From assembly GCA_965645245.1 (NCBI GenBank), contig OZ287085.1, positions 1,674,001-1,738,000 on the forward strand: a DNA stretch of 64,000 nucleotides, read 5' to 3'. Both the position numbers and the translations under genes were made by a program. Below the pieces are notes generated by a model that did not search any database, was not told the origin of the DNA, and saw only the letters and a program-made list of their open reading frames with translations. The DNA comes from Massalongia carnosa. Lineage: Eukaryota. Below, in pieces: positions 36,546-47,704 of this stretch; position 1 is the stretch's first letter; each line of letters begins with the position of its first letter.

Positions 36546-38195
36546 CCACCGGGGGTGGCAAAAGCATGATATTCATGTTGCCGGCGTCGTGCGGGCACGG
36601 AGGGGTAAGCGTGGTGGTGTTGCCGTTGATCGCAATGCGACAAGACATGCGGCGACGGTGTAAGAGCATGGGCATCACATGCGCGGAGTAGAGCAGTCGT
36701 CGACCACCCGAGGTGGCATCGTTGGTGTTGGTCACGCCGGAGTTGGCGGTGACGGTGGATTTTCAGACATTTATCAATCGATTACGAGCCATGCAGCAGT
36801 TGAAAAGCATAGTCATTGACGAATTTCATGTCAAATTGACCGAACGATGAGATTTCCGTTCGCAGTTGCAGCATTTAGGGCGGTTAATCGGGGCAGCAAC
36901 GCAGATGATATTGTTGACGGCGACGTTGCTGCCCGGCAGGAGATGGAATTGTGTCGTCAGATGGGATTCGTACGAGACAAGGTGCGAATGTTTCGCAGCG
37001 GTATCAGTCGCGCCAATATCCGTTACTGTATCGTGCGGGGGATGAATAGCGGCAGGCAACAAATCGAATTTTTGACGGGATGTTGCGGAGTCGGGCGAGC
37101 GGAAAGATAATTGTGTACGCCAAAACAGTGTCGAATGTGCAGCGGTTGGCGCAAGCATTGGATTGCGGCGGCGCATATCATCATCATGCGACGGACAAGG
37201 ACGAGATATTTCAGGGGTTGATGCAGGGGACCCGTCGGGTGGTGGTGGCCACCAGCACGTTTGGGTTGGGGATTGATTTATCGAATATTCGGGTATTGGT
37301 GCACAGGGATGTCCCGCGCAGTATGGAAGAATATGTGCAAGAAAGCGGACGGGCGGGAGGAGACGGCGACATCAGCGAAGTTATCATCATTATTCGATCG
37401 GAGGCGCAGCAATCGAGCGATATGTTTCCGGATAGCGAATCCAGGCAAAACATCAAACGGTTTATCATAGCGATGGAACAAAATGAAAAGTCAACGAGTC
37501 ATACTGGATAAATATATGGATGGATGTTAAGATCGCGAGAGATGTGAAGCTAATGAAGAGTCATGTCAACGATGTCATGACATGCAGAACCGAAGACGAA
37601 AAGAAGAAGCAGACGAAGGTCATTGAAATGGGACAGGCAGTTCCCCGAAGGATTTACAATCGTCGTTGGAATTCGAGAAGCAACAACGATTACGCCGAGG
37701 ATTACGAGAGCGTCAAACGATGCAGAACAGTAAAGAAAGCAAGGAAATCGAAAGATTCACGCGACATTTGCAATTTTGGCAGCATCGATGCCCGGCATGT
37801 GAGTCGATCGAGAGGACGGATGACATGCGTGTGACGAGTTATTCGTTAACATAATGCGTTTCGGGCGAGATTTTGACGATACAAGAATTAGCGAAGGAAA
37901 TTGCATTGAAGATTCGATATGAGCGATATTCGTGTTTTTATCATTGTGAATTGCCACAGGGAATATGTCGTCGATATCAGGCCAAGCCGGAGAAGGAGGC
38001 CGGATTTTGGGTAGGGATTCCCGGGGCGGAATGTCATATTCAGAGGTGATTATATAGACATAGGTGGGATTGATATCGAAGTATCCGAAGGCCTTTGGAG
38101 ATCCGGCGGGGTAGCGAGTGCGGGCGGATAGCATTTCCGTTGAGCAAAAAGAGGAAGTTATTCAATGGCTGGGACGGCAAGTAATATGAGGAGGA
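36546..38195 (+). pseudogene. RecQ-type SF2 helicase core and Cys-rich C-terminus, copy 1
   Basis: PTGGGKS, VVLPLIA, VIDEFH, LTATL, TSTFGLGID, YVQESGRAG, then CPAC. Confidence 0.9.
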
Positions 38196-38199
38196 TTAG

Positions 38200-40510
38200 A
38201 AGGGTTATATTAAATTTGATTAGGGATCACATTTTGTGCAAAAATATTCAATTCAGCATACGGCAGTTCCGCAGCATGATTAATATAATTGTCACCGAAA
38301 CTCGACGCATGATAGAGGATTTATTGTTTTTTCCCCAATCAGGAGCAGTGCACAGCATAGAGTAGAATGTATTACGCTACAACCCCGGCGAAAACACGCC
38401 GGGATAGAATTTTATGCAGGACGAGCGAAATGAGTTCACGATAGATAGGGAATAGTTGTTGTTTAATCGAATATGGAATCATGAGGATATGAAACAACGA
38501 TTCGTTCAGCTGTGAGAAGAAATGCAATGATATCGAAAGGGAATCGGGACATATATGGCGCAGGTGATGGAATTTCGCAAGAAGTTGTTTGTGTTGATGC
38601 ATATGATCGGTGGAAAGCCCGGACGAAGCCCGGAAATATTGAGTTGTCGTCACAGCAACACGGCACGAGGAGAGCAAGGCAACATAATTTTGGAGCAGGG
38701 ATTTAAGATTTACATGACCCGATATCATAAAAGATACGTTATGAAAGGAGACGTCAAGATAACTCATAGATATTTGCCGCGAGGTTAAGGAGTTGTTGAT
38801 ATATTACATATAGTTAGTATTGCCGTTCCAGCAAGAATTGGAAGTTACCATATGGGAGAAAGATCATGTTTAGGCGTTACATGTAGCCATTCGATCCGGA
38901 ATAAAAAAAGTTGATATTACAGCGACTGCGGATGGTATTGCAACGCGAGAGTCACATTGGCATGGGCGTGCCGTTGGGCATCCAGGCTTATCGGGAGACT
39001 GCTATTGGAATCAGTTGGAAATACATACGTGGGTGTTTGTCGTTTACTGCCAACACGGAATACGAGGAGAAGGCGGACGATGGGTCGGATGACATCGCGG
39101 AAGTGCAGGCGGGGTATGGATCAAACGTGGCGTGAATGATATATGCAGGAGGCATTATGGAAGCCAGTGGGAAGGTGGCTAGCAAGAGATAGCGGGTTCG
39201 CGAAAGCAGTCAGTAATGGCACTGAGTTTTAGGAGTTGCATAAACCATGGCGACACACGAGTCGTCGGAAAATGGGAAAAAACGCAGAACGGCATGGGAA
39301 GGAGAGAATCACGAGATCGGTATGTATTAATGAAAACGGTTGCGTGGAGTTGATGTTTAAAAGCAGTTGGAGCGATTGATGGGCACCGGAAGTCAGTTCC
39401 GCGTTGTGCAAAAGGTCACAATTAAGGTAATCATGAACGGCAAAAGCCTCGTGATCGCGGTGCTGCCTACCGGGGGCAGCAAAAGCATAACATTTATGTT
39501 GCCGGCGTCATGCGGGCACGGAGGAGAAAGCATAGTAGTGTTGTTATCGATCGCATTGAGGCAAGATATGCGGCGACCATGAAGACATGGGAGTCACATA
39601 CGCGGAGTAGAGCAGTCGTCGAGAACCGGAGAGAAGTGGTTGGTGTTTGCCACGCCGTAATCGGTAGTGACGGGGATTTTCATATATTTATCAACAGATT
39701 TCGAGCGTTGCAGCAGTTGGAACGGATTATCATTGACGAATGTCATGTAACATTGACCGATCAATGGCATTTCCGACCGCAGTTGCAGCAATTAATGCGA
39801 TTAATCGGGGCAGAAACGCAGATGATATTGTTGATGGCGACGTTGCGGCCCTAGTAGGAGATAATATTGTGCCGTCGGATAGGATTCGTACGAGACGGGA
39901 TGGGATTCGTACTAGACGGGATAGGATTCGTACGAGACGAGGTGCGGATGTTTCGTAACTCCACGAGTCGAGCCAATATTTGTTAACGCACCGTGCGTGG
40001 GATAAACTACGGCAGACAACAAATGCAATTTGTGACGGATATATTGCAGAGGCGGGCGAGTGGAAAGATAATTGTGTACAAAAGCACGGTGTCAACAGTG
40101 CATCGATTAGCGCAAGCATTGAATTGCGGAGTATATTATTATCATACGGTAGACAAAGGGGAGATATTTCATATGTTGATTCAGGGGAGATATCGGGTAG
40201 TGGTGGCCACCAGCGCGTTTGGGTTAGGGATAAATTTATCGAAGATTCGAGTAGTGGTATACATGGATTTTCCGCGCAGCATGCGCAAGAAAGCGGATGG
40301 GTAGGACAAGACTGCAAAATCAGTAATGTATTTATCATGATTCGGCCATAGGTGCAGCCACCGAGCGAGGTATATTCAGAAAGCGAGTCAAGGCAGAGTA
40401 TGAAACGGTTTATTATAGTGATAGAATAGAACGTATATCAACGAGTCATATTGGATTAATATATGGAATTACGTCGAGACCGCGAGCAATATAAAAAGGA
40501 TAAAGAGTTA
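38200..40510 (+). pseudogene. Second, more decayed tandem copy: recombinase-like domain contiguous with the helicase
   Basis: GGKPGRSPEIL, TRYHK, LGIQAYRE, QAGY..MIYA, LPTGGSKS, IIDECH, MATL, TSAFGLGIN. Confidence 0.88.
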
Positions 40511-41054
40511 TGTGTGAGGCGAAGTACGAATATTGTGACTATATGGCTCTACATTAGTGGTAGGACAATAGAATAGGAGTCGCGAATGCAAACTGACGAT
40601 ACATTAATTCTAGCCAATGACATCTTTGCTACCAAAGAGGAAAAAGCCATCAAGGAAGCAAACATCAATCAGATCAACCTGGACACTTCCGAATGGGTAG
40701 AACGGGAGTTCAGAAAGGGTGCTGGGAATGAGGGGTAGGAATCGAGGCAAAGGGGTAAATTCCGGTCAAAAAGCGACTATTTTTTCCATCTTTCAAATAG
40801 TGCCCAGTGTAGGTACCAAAAGGGGGATTCCAGAAGGGGATTCTAGGGGGATTCTAGAAGGAAGGGGACTAGCCAGATAAGGCTAGAATTGAATAGATAG
40901 GAAGGGCTAGAACAAGCGGGCACGTGCTTATCACGTGTTCGCCCACTATAGATAGTAGCCCTTTCCAGATAGAATCCATTTATTATCTACCAAACCAAGC
41001 ACCAAGACGTAGTCATCGTATTACGCCAGGTGCAGGTAGGTAGACCCACAATTA

Positions 41055-41242
41055 GGATTCAGCGTAAAATTCTTCATATAATGAATATAATTACAAATTC
41101 CATTATACATCATCATACAATTCGGATAATTTTATATGAGGTTCGCTTATTTAAAATTTCTTCGATTAATCTCACATGCAGGAGAGGTCTCTTTAAGCGA
41201 ATTTCACACACGCTTTTTTTTTGGTGGCAGGAGACCTTCAAA
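41055..41242 (+). repeat. Unclassified ~190-bp dispersed repeat (second copy ~51245-51434)
   Basis: GATTCAGCGTAAAATTCT..GGCAGGAGACCTTCAAA occurs at both positions in the same orientation. Confidence 0.8.
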
Positions 41243-42158
41243 AATCAACAACTCTAATTATACAAGTGTCACTAGTCCTCAGCATCTCAACCCTCCACAC
41301 CACGTTATCATCTACGGAACGCACGTCTTCCCTCAACTACGTCAGTTTTGGGATACGTTCCGCCAAGACTTGACCTCTGAAGGTCCTTACAAAGTCAGCA
41401 TTGGTGGCATGAGGTTGAGGTTGCAGGAGTTGCAGGAGGAAGATACCCAAGCTCAGATGATCAGAGCAGAGAAGCTTGAAAAAATGGCTGGAAAAGCACC
41501 GAGGGGATTTTGCATTATCAAAGCCTGCCTTATGTCCCTGAGATCCTCAGAACTGAGCTAATCAGTAGGCATCATGATGATCCATTATGTCACGAAATCA
41601 GGTCGAGGGCAAGGGCAAAGGCAAGGTGGGTTGATGGTCAAGCTTATTGATTGAGTCTATAGCTATGAATCTAGGCTAGGCTAGGTTGGCTATTCAAGAC
41701 GTTCGACAAAGAATCAGAACTTCCATGATTCGGCTTCTTTCTTATATCTTTGTCCTCCCATATTCATCTTTCTAGGGTGGCGGCGAATGATGTCTAGTCA
41801 GTGCGATGATGAATGAGGGGCATTATAGCGGCAATAAGCACGATGGGGTCAGCGAGGAGACGGGAGATGTCAAACATCAATGCGAAGCTATTAGACATGA
41901 TAATAGTCGAAAGACGGGAATAAATCATCAATGCGAGGCTGATTAATGATCAGTAATCGGCGAATTCGAAGAATGATATGAGGGTCCCGAAGGCATGGCA
42001 CGACGTCCGTGAGTAGTCATCAGATCAAGGCACGTGATAGAGGCACGTGGTGAGGTCGGAGGCATTTCATGACAGTAGCTCCCCCTTCAAGGCAGAGCTC
42101 CTGCGATGCCATCTTATCTATGCCTCGTGGCATTGGCAACGGGGAATTTGACAGGGGT

Positions 42159-45100
42159 TTAGATGAGGCCGGCCGCATTGGGATAGGCTTGGTGGTATTC
42201 GTCTATGACTTGCTGACAATTGATGAGATAGTTGAAAGGCTCCCAGGTGGAAGGATGCCCTTCCCAATCCACTAGGTATTTCAGAAGCGGGGGTTGAAAA
42301 CGTCGGTCGAGCTTGGAATTCAATACCCTATTGACATACCATTCTCGTTGGCCATCTTCGGCGATGACGGGGTCTCTAGGCTCCGGTCTCTGCCCGGGGA
42401 GGGGGTCATTGGCATCATGCTGCAACAGATTGACGTGAAAGACGGGATGGATTTTGACGGTATCGGGAAGCTCCAGCTGTACGATCAAGGGGTTGGAAAA
42501 CACCTTGCTGACGCGGTAGGGGCCGATATTTCGGTCATCCAGCTTGACTGTGGGGCGAGCGGTTTGGATATTTCTGGTGCTTAGCCACACCATATCGCCA
42601 ACGAAATAGCGGGGGCAGGGACGTCGGTTAGCATTTGCAGTTGCTTCGTACGAAGCTTGGGCCATCAGCATTTCGTCTCGAAGATGAGTGTCGATATCCT
42701 GCATCTTATTCACGAACTGATTGGCTGCAACTAGGTTTGCTCTGCCCTGAGCGGTTAGGTCTTGCGGCAGGGGTTCCTCCGGTTCAAATCCCATGCGGGG
42801 ATGTTGCCCGAAGTTGGCTAGGAAGGGGGAGGCCAGGATACTAGATGAATCGGTGTTATTGCTGGCGAATTCGGCGCCAGGAAGCCATTGTGCCCAGTCA
42901 TCCTGCATGTAGTTGACATAAGCCCTTAGGTAGTGCTCCATGGTGGCGTTGGCTCGCTCGGTCTGCCCGTCGGTCTCCGGGTGGTATCCGGTGGATAGCT
43001 TGGCGTCGATTTTCAGCCTCTTGCACATGAGCTGCCAGAAATCGGAGACGAATTGGGGGCCACGATCAGAAACCATGGCTTCGGGAAGCCCATGTAGTTT
43101 CCAGACATTCTGATAGAACGCATCGGCGGCGTCTTCAACTTCCATGGACGTGATAGGAATGAAATGTCGCATCTTGGACAGGCGATCTATAACCACCAAG
43201 ATGTAGCGATAAGTGATTCCCATGAAGGTGCTGGGGGTCAGGGGGCCTACATAATCCATGGAAATATCCCGCCATCTGCGCTCGGGGGGGGGGAGTGGGC
43301 GTAGCCAGCCCTGATAGCGCTGGCGGGATGGTTTTGATCTTCTGCAAGTGTGGCAGTTTCGGATAAATCGCTTGATGGACTGATGCATGCTGGGCCACCA
43401 GTAGGATCGATTTACCAACTCATGGCATTTGGAACGGCCCGGATGTCCGCCGGCGACGCTATCGTGAGCGAGTTGAATGATACGAAGCCTCAGACGATCG
43501 GATCGAGGTACGTATTTCTTGTTTCGAAAATACAAGATACCGTCCCTATCTTCGCATTCGGCTAATTGGATTCGATTGTGATGCCTCTCGTTATTACGAA
43601 GGGCTTCCAGGACTTCGGGGGCGAATTGGTCTCGTGTCAGGGCTTGTTCCCAGAGGAGCTCCGTGGAGATATCCTCATCGGGATCGATGAGGTCCTCATC
43701 TAGCTGAGGTTCTGCTTCTTCGATATCTGCATCATCTAGGAAAGCTGGTGCCAGAAGAATGGATCGCAAATAACTTTTTGCGACTTCCTCATCCAGGTTT
43801 TCGGTTTTCAAAATGGTTTGGTGTTGAAATTTCCTTCGCTCGTCCGTATCATCCCCTTCTTTAGGAAGATCTCCCGATCGACGAGTTAGAGCGTCCGGTT
43901 TTCCTCCGGCTTTTCCTGGTCGATAGACTATCTTGAAGTCAAATCGAGAGAGAAATTCGCTCCATCTAGCTTGGCGACGGCTGAGCTGCTTGGTGGAGGC
44001 AAAATACTCCAGGTTTTTGTGGTCGGATATGACGCTGATGGGGAAGGCAGATCCTTCTAGTTCGGGTCGCCATTCTTCAAAACATCGAACGATTGCCATC
44101 AGTTCTTTGTCATAGATCTCGTAGTTGCACTCGGCGGGATTGTGCTTCTTTGAGAAGTAGGCGACGGGGTGAAGTATCCCATCATCGTCGTATTGAGAAA
44201 GAATGCCCCCCGAAACATAGTCGGAGGCATCGGTTTCGACGATGATGGGACGATCGGGGTCGAAATGCCTGAGAATGACATCGGAGGTGAAAGCTTTTTT
44301 CAGCATTTCGAATGCCAATTGGCATTTGTTAGTCCACAGGAATTCCGTCTCCTTCTTGGTCAGGTTGGTTAGGGGGCCAGCTATGTCGCTAAACCCATAC
44401 ACGAATCGTCTATAAAAGTTAGCAAAACCCAGAAAGCTTTGCACATCTTTCACATTGACGAGGTTTGGCCAATTGACGACGGTTTCCACCTTGGCCGGGT
44501 CCATTTTTATCCCTTCGGTGGTCACGATCATCCCTAGGTATGCAATTTCGGTGACATGGAACTTGCACTTGGTGATGTCGGCTTGCAGGCCTGCATCTCG
44601 GAGTCGAGACAGGATTTTTTTGACGTGGACCTCGTGCTCCAGCTCATTGTCACTGTAGATGAGGATATCATCTAGGTACGCAGTGCAAAAGTCAGCAAGA
44701 TACTCGTGAAGCGTATCGTTGATGAAGTGCTGAAATGAGGCGGGCCCGTTGCATAGGCCGAAGGGTAGGACCAAGGACTCGAAAAGGCCGAAACGAGTGC
44801 GAAAAGCGGTGAGTTCTTCGTCTCCTTCTCGTATGCGGAGCATATTGAAGGCGGCGATGATGTCTATCTTGGTGAATATCTTGGCTTTGATTAATTGGTG
44901 CAGGGTCTCGGCGATCAAGGGCAGCGGATAGCGATCCTTAATCGTGATGGCATTCAGAGCACGATAATCCACGCAAAATCGAAGTCCCCCACCTGGCTTT
45001 TTCACGAACATCACCGGGGAGGCGGCGTGGGAGCGACTAGCCCGAATAAATCCCTTGGCTAGATTTTCGTCGAGGTAGCGGCGGAGCTCCTCGATTTCGG

Positions 45101-46574
45101 TACGACTCATACCATACAGGGCCTGACTAGGGGCCTGCGTACCTTCTTTCAGGTTTATGGCATGATCGTAGGGACGGCGGGGGGGCAAGTCTTCGGATTT
45201 CTTCTTCGAGAAGACATCTAGGAATTCGTGGTATTGCTTTGGCAGAAGGGGGGCTGGGTCGACGTTCTTACTTTCTCGGTAAGCGTCTAACTCTTCACGA
45301 GTCACGGCGGTGGCTAGGGTTAGGGCCTTATTCATCTTAAATAAGGCTAGGTGGATTTCTTTCTCGTGCGGGCTTGCTCGAGATGGCAATGGTTGGTAGG
45401 CTGGGCTGGGTTTTTTGGCTTTTTCGATCAAATCGGGGGCTGAACTAGGTGAGGCTTTCATTACTAGAGGTTCGGGGTTGGTTTTTCCTAGAAAGAGGTC
45501 AATTTCTTTCATGGACAGGGCGAAACTATCGTGGTTTTTCTTCCGAGTCAGTCGATTGAAGGAGATAGCTCCGATTTCGCAGACATTCATCTGCGGGGTG
45601 GTTTTGCGTGCTGCTTGATGAGCACGTCTTTGGGTGGATGTCCGCAATTTGGACGGGCTTCGGTATCGGATTTTCGGGGGGGGAAGCCCTTGCTGGATTG
45701 CATTTTCAATGCGACTGGGTTCATCGGTGGGGTTTTGAGGCTGGGGTTCGGGTTCATTAATTTCGGGTTTGATTAAGGTGAAATCGCGCTGCGCGGTTTT
45801 GAACAAAGGGATGGATTCCTCGATTTTGACGGGATTGTCAGGAATAGAATTTTTGATTGTGGGAATTTCTTCCCCCTCTTCTAGAGAAGTTATCGACGTT
45901 CTGATAGACGTGTCTTGATTGATAACTTTTCCTAGGGCGTCTTCGAGGATCTCTTCATCCCAGATTTTTCGACTCTCGGCTGGGGTGAGGAATTCTTCCT
46001 CAACGGCTTGAAGCTTGACGGGGTGGGGGCAACAGTGAGTGAGGCAGTAGGGGGAGGCAAAGGTGAGCGTATTATGCCCAAAATCGGCTATGGCGTTATG
46101 CCGGCGGAGCCATGGATGGCCCAGGATAATGGGATAATTTTTTAACCCGGTGACATATAGAAAGAGTTTTTCTACATGACCTTCTAGATCCATGGTGATT
46201 TCGGCCACATGAGTGATATTGCCGGATAGAGCCCTTTGGCCGTCGAATCCTTCGAGCCGGCGGGGATATTTGAGAAGATGAAGGGGAATTTGGTTAGTAT
46301 GCGCAAATTTCTCATCGATGAATGAAAAGCCAGATGCACCACAATCAATTAGATTATACGTTCTAATCCTAGATCTAGATAATCGCAAGATACCTGTCAT
46401 CACCATGTGACTGTCTCTGAACGTCTTATCTGATTCAAACAGCTCCAAAGCGGAGGCTGCGGAAAATCGCGTATTGGATCTCAAAGAGGGGGAAAAACTG
46501 GCCATCAAACATGAGGAAATGAGAAGGGGGGGGAGTCCCTGCACGCGACGATGTGCAGAGACTAGGCTTTTCCC
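42159..46574 (-). CDS. Gypsy pol (PR-RT-RH-IN-chromodomain), entered by -1 frameshift
   Basis: LIDCGA, YLDD, TDAS, ISMDY..SDRG, GPY, WYVNRVL..YLVDWEG..TWEP. Confidence 0.96.
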   Translation of the reverse strand, partial: GKSLVSAHRRVQGLPPLLISSCLMASFSPSLRSNTRFSAASALELFESDKTFRDSHMVMTGILRLSRSRIRTYNLIDCGASGFSFIDEKFAHTNQIPLHLLKYPRRLEGFDGQRALSGNITHVAEITMDLEGHVEKLFLYVTGLKNYPIILGHPWLRRHNAIADFGHNTLTFASPYCLTHCCPHPVKLQAVEEEFLTPAESRKIWDEEILEDALGKVINQDTSIRTSITSLEEGEEIPTIKNSIPDNPVKIEESIPLFKTAQRDFTLIKPEINEPEPQPQNPTDEPSRIENAIQQGLPPPKIRYRSPSKLRTSTQRRAHQAARKTTPQMNVCEIGAISFNRLTRKKNHDSFALSMKEIDLFLGKTNPEPLVMKASPSSAPDLIEKAKKPSPAYQPLPSRASPHEKEIHLALFKMNKALTLATAVTREELDAYRESKNVDPAPLLPKQYHEFLDVFSKKKSEDLPPRRPYDHAINLKEGTQAPSQALYGMSRTEIEELRRYLDENLAKGFIRASRSHAASPVMFVKKPGGGLRFCVDYRALNAITIKDRYPLPLIAETLHQLIKAKIFTKIDIIAAFNMLRIREGDEELTAFRTRFGLFESLVLPFGLCNGPASFQHFINDTLHEYLADFCTAYLDDILIYSDNELEHEVHVKKILSRLRDAGLQADITKCKFHVTEIAYLGMIVTTEGIKMDPAKVETVVNWPNLVNVKDVQSFLGFANFYRRFVYGFSDIAGPLTNLTKKETEFLWTNKCQLAFEMLKKAFTSDVILRHFDPDRPIIVETDASDYVSGGILSQYDDDGILHPVAYFSKKHNPAECNYEIYDKELMAIVRCFEEWRPELEGSAFPISVISDHKNLEYFASTKQLSRRQARWSEFLSRFDFKIVYRPGKAGGKPDALTRRSGDLPKEGDDTDERRKFQHQTILKTENLDEEVAKSYLRSILLAPAFLDDADIEEAEPQLDEDLIDPDEDISTELLWEQALTRDQFAPEVLEALRNNERHHNRIQLAECEDRDGILYFRNKKYVPRSDRLRLRIIQLAHDSVAGGHPGRSKCHELVNRSYWWPSMHQSIKRFIRNCHTCRRSKPSRQRYQGWLRPLPPPERRWRDISMDYVGPLTPSTFMGITYRYILVVIDRLSKMRHFIPITSMEVEDAADAFYQNVWKLHGLPEAMVSDRGPQFVSDFWQLMCKRLKIDAKLSTGYHPETDGQTERANATMEHYLRAYVNYMQDDWAQWLPGAEFASNNTDSSSILASPFLANFGQHPRMGFEPEEPLPQDLTAQGRANLVAANQFVNKMQDIDTHLRDEMLMAQASYEATANANRRPCPRYFVGDMVWLSTRNIQTARPTVKLDDRNIGPYRVSKVFSNPLIVQLELPDTVKIHPVFHVNLLQHDANDPLPGQRPEPRDPVIAEDGQREWYVNRVLNSKLDRRFQPPLLKYLVDWEGHPSTWEPFNYLINCQQVIDEYHQAYPNAAGLI

Positions 46575-47704
46575 TGATCAATATCAGGGGCTTCGAGCTC
46601 CATGCTCCGAAGGTTGGTTCGCTTGTTGGGACAGTCAGTTGCTGACTTCCCTGGATGCTGCAATTTGCAGTAGAAACACAACTTCCAGTCTTCGCAGATT
46701 TTGCGGACCCCCTCGGTTTTGAGCGATTGGCCTTTCACCGCTGCCATGGCAGAGCTTAGGTCCATGGGGTCGCCAATGAGCAGCGCAGGGGAGGCGGGAG
46801 AAGCGACAGGTGCTTTGGCAGCGGGAGCGACTGTCGGGGGAAGTGCTGATAACGGGTTTGGCTTTTTCGGTGTCGGGGTGATAGTGGTGGTGTTCGCCTT
46901 TGGGGCAATGTGGCGGATCTGCCGAAGGCCACGATCTGTCTCCAACCACATGGTGACGTGCTCGTCGAAGGTGGTTGGTTGCCTTTGGGTTCCGGGGACC
47001 CTATACATTAGGGCTGCGGTCTGGGTTGAATAATTCACATTTGCCTTCATGGCATCGATCAGGCTGGCATCTTCCATCTTGGACCGGTCTTTTTTCTGCG
47101 CAAAAAGGTTGTAGTACTCCTCGAAGCTACTACTTCCCTGTTTGAGGATATCGCGAAGGTATTTGCGAGCATCCTCCTGCTCGTAGGGATTTCCGCATGC
47201 GCGGCGGAGGGCTGATCGCCATTCAGCAAATGAGGTGAGTACGCAAAGGCCATCGACCCTGTACGCATTCATTAGGTTATGAGCCTTTTTGCCTATGGTG
47301 AGTCGGCTTTCGGCATAGGCAATTTTGGCTTGATCGAACGGGTATCGATCATTGTTGACATGCATTCTTTGAATCAGGGACTGCTCCCACGCATCCAGCT
47401 TGACTTCTTCGCCCTCATACTCCGTGATGTCCGGGAGCTTTTCGGAGCGGATGAGGGAGTTTTTTGACGCCAGGAGCAGCTGCATCATGGCCATGATTTG
47501 CGGATCCAAGGTAGGGGGGGGTGGATTTGAGATAGGTATGGGCTCGGAAATAGAAGGGGTATTGGCATTGTTGCGAAGTTGGTTTACTTCGGCTTCTAGG
47601 TTGTCCATTTGACTCAGGAATTGCTGAGGGTCTGCCTGAAGACGTTCCTGAATGAATCGAATACGCTTATCCAGCTCGGAGAGGTTCTCTTCTGCTGAAG
47701 ACAT
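46562..47704 (-). CDS. Gypsy gag
   Basis: 380-aa ORF after the 5' LTR with a CFYCKLQH..C knuckle. Confidence 0.93.
   Translation of the reverse strand: MSSAEENLSELDKRIRFIQERLQADPQQFLSQMDNLEAEVNQLRNNANTPSISEPIPISNPPPPTLDPQIMAMMQLLLASKNSLIRSEKLPDITEYEGEEVKLDAWEQSLIQRMHVNNDRYPFDQAKIAYAESRLTIGKKAHNLMNAYRVDGLCVLTSFAEWRSALRRACGNPYEQEDARKYLRDILKQGSSSFEEYYNLFAQKKDRSKMEDASLIDAMKANVNYSTQTAALMYRVPGTQRQPTTFDEHVTMWLETDRGLRQIRHIAPKANTTTITPTPKKPNPLSALPPTVAPAAKAPVASPASPALLIGDPMDLSSAMAAVKGQSLKTEGVRKICEDWKLCFYCKLQHPGKSATDCPNKRTNLRSMELEAPDIDQGKA

Noticed and set aside
36546..38195. Host SGS1/RecQ DNA-repair gene
   Set aside because: Decayed, duplicated, fused to unrelated upstream domains, and no HRDC-type tail seen.
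39870..39940. Three 21-bp repeats in helicase copy 2
   Set aside because: Local slippage duplication in a pseudogene.
42294..47612. Short + strand ORFs over G2
   Set aside because: Antisense shadows of gag/pol.
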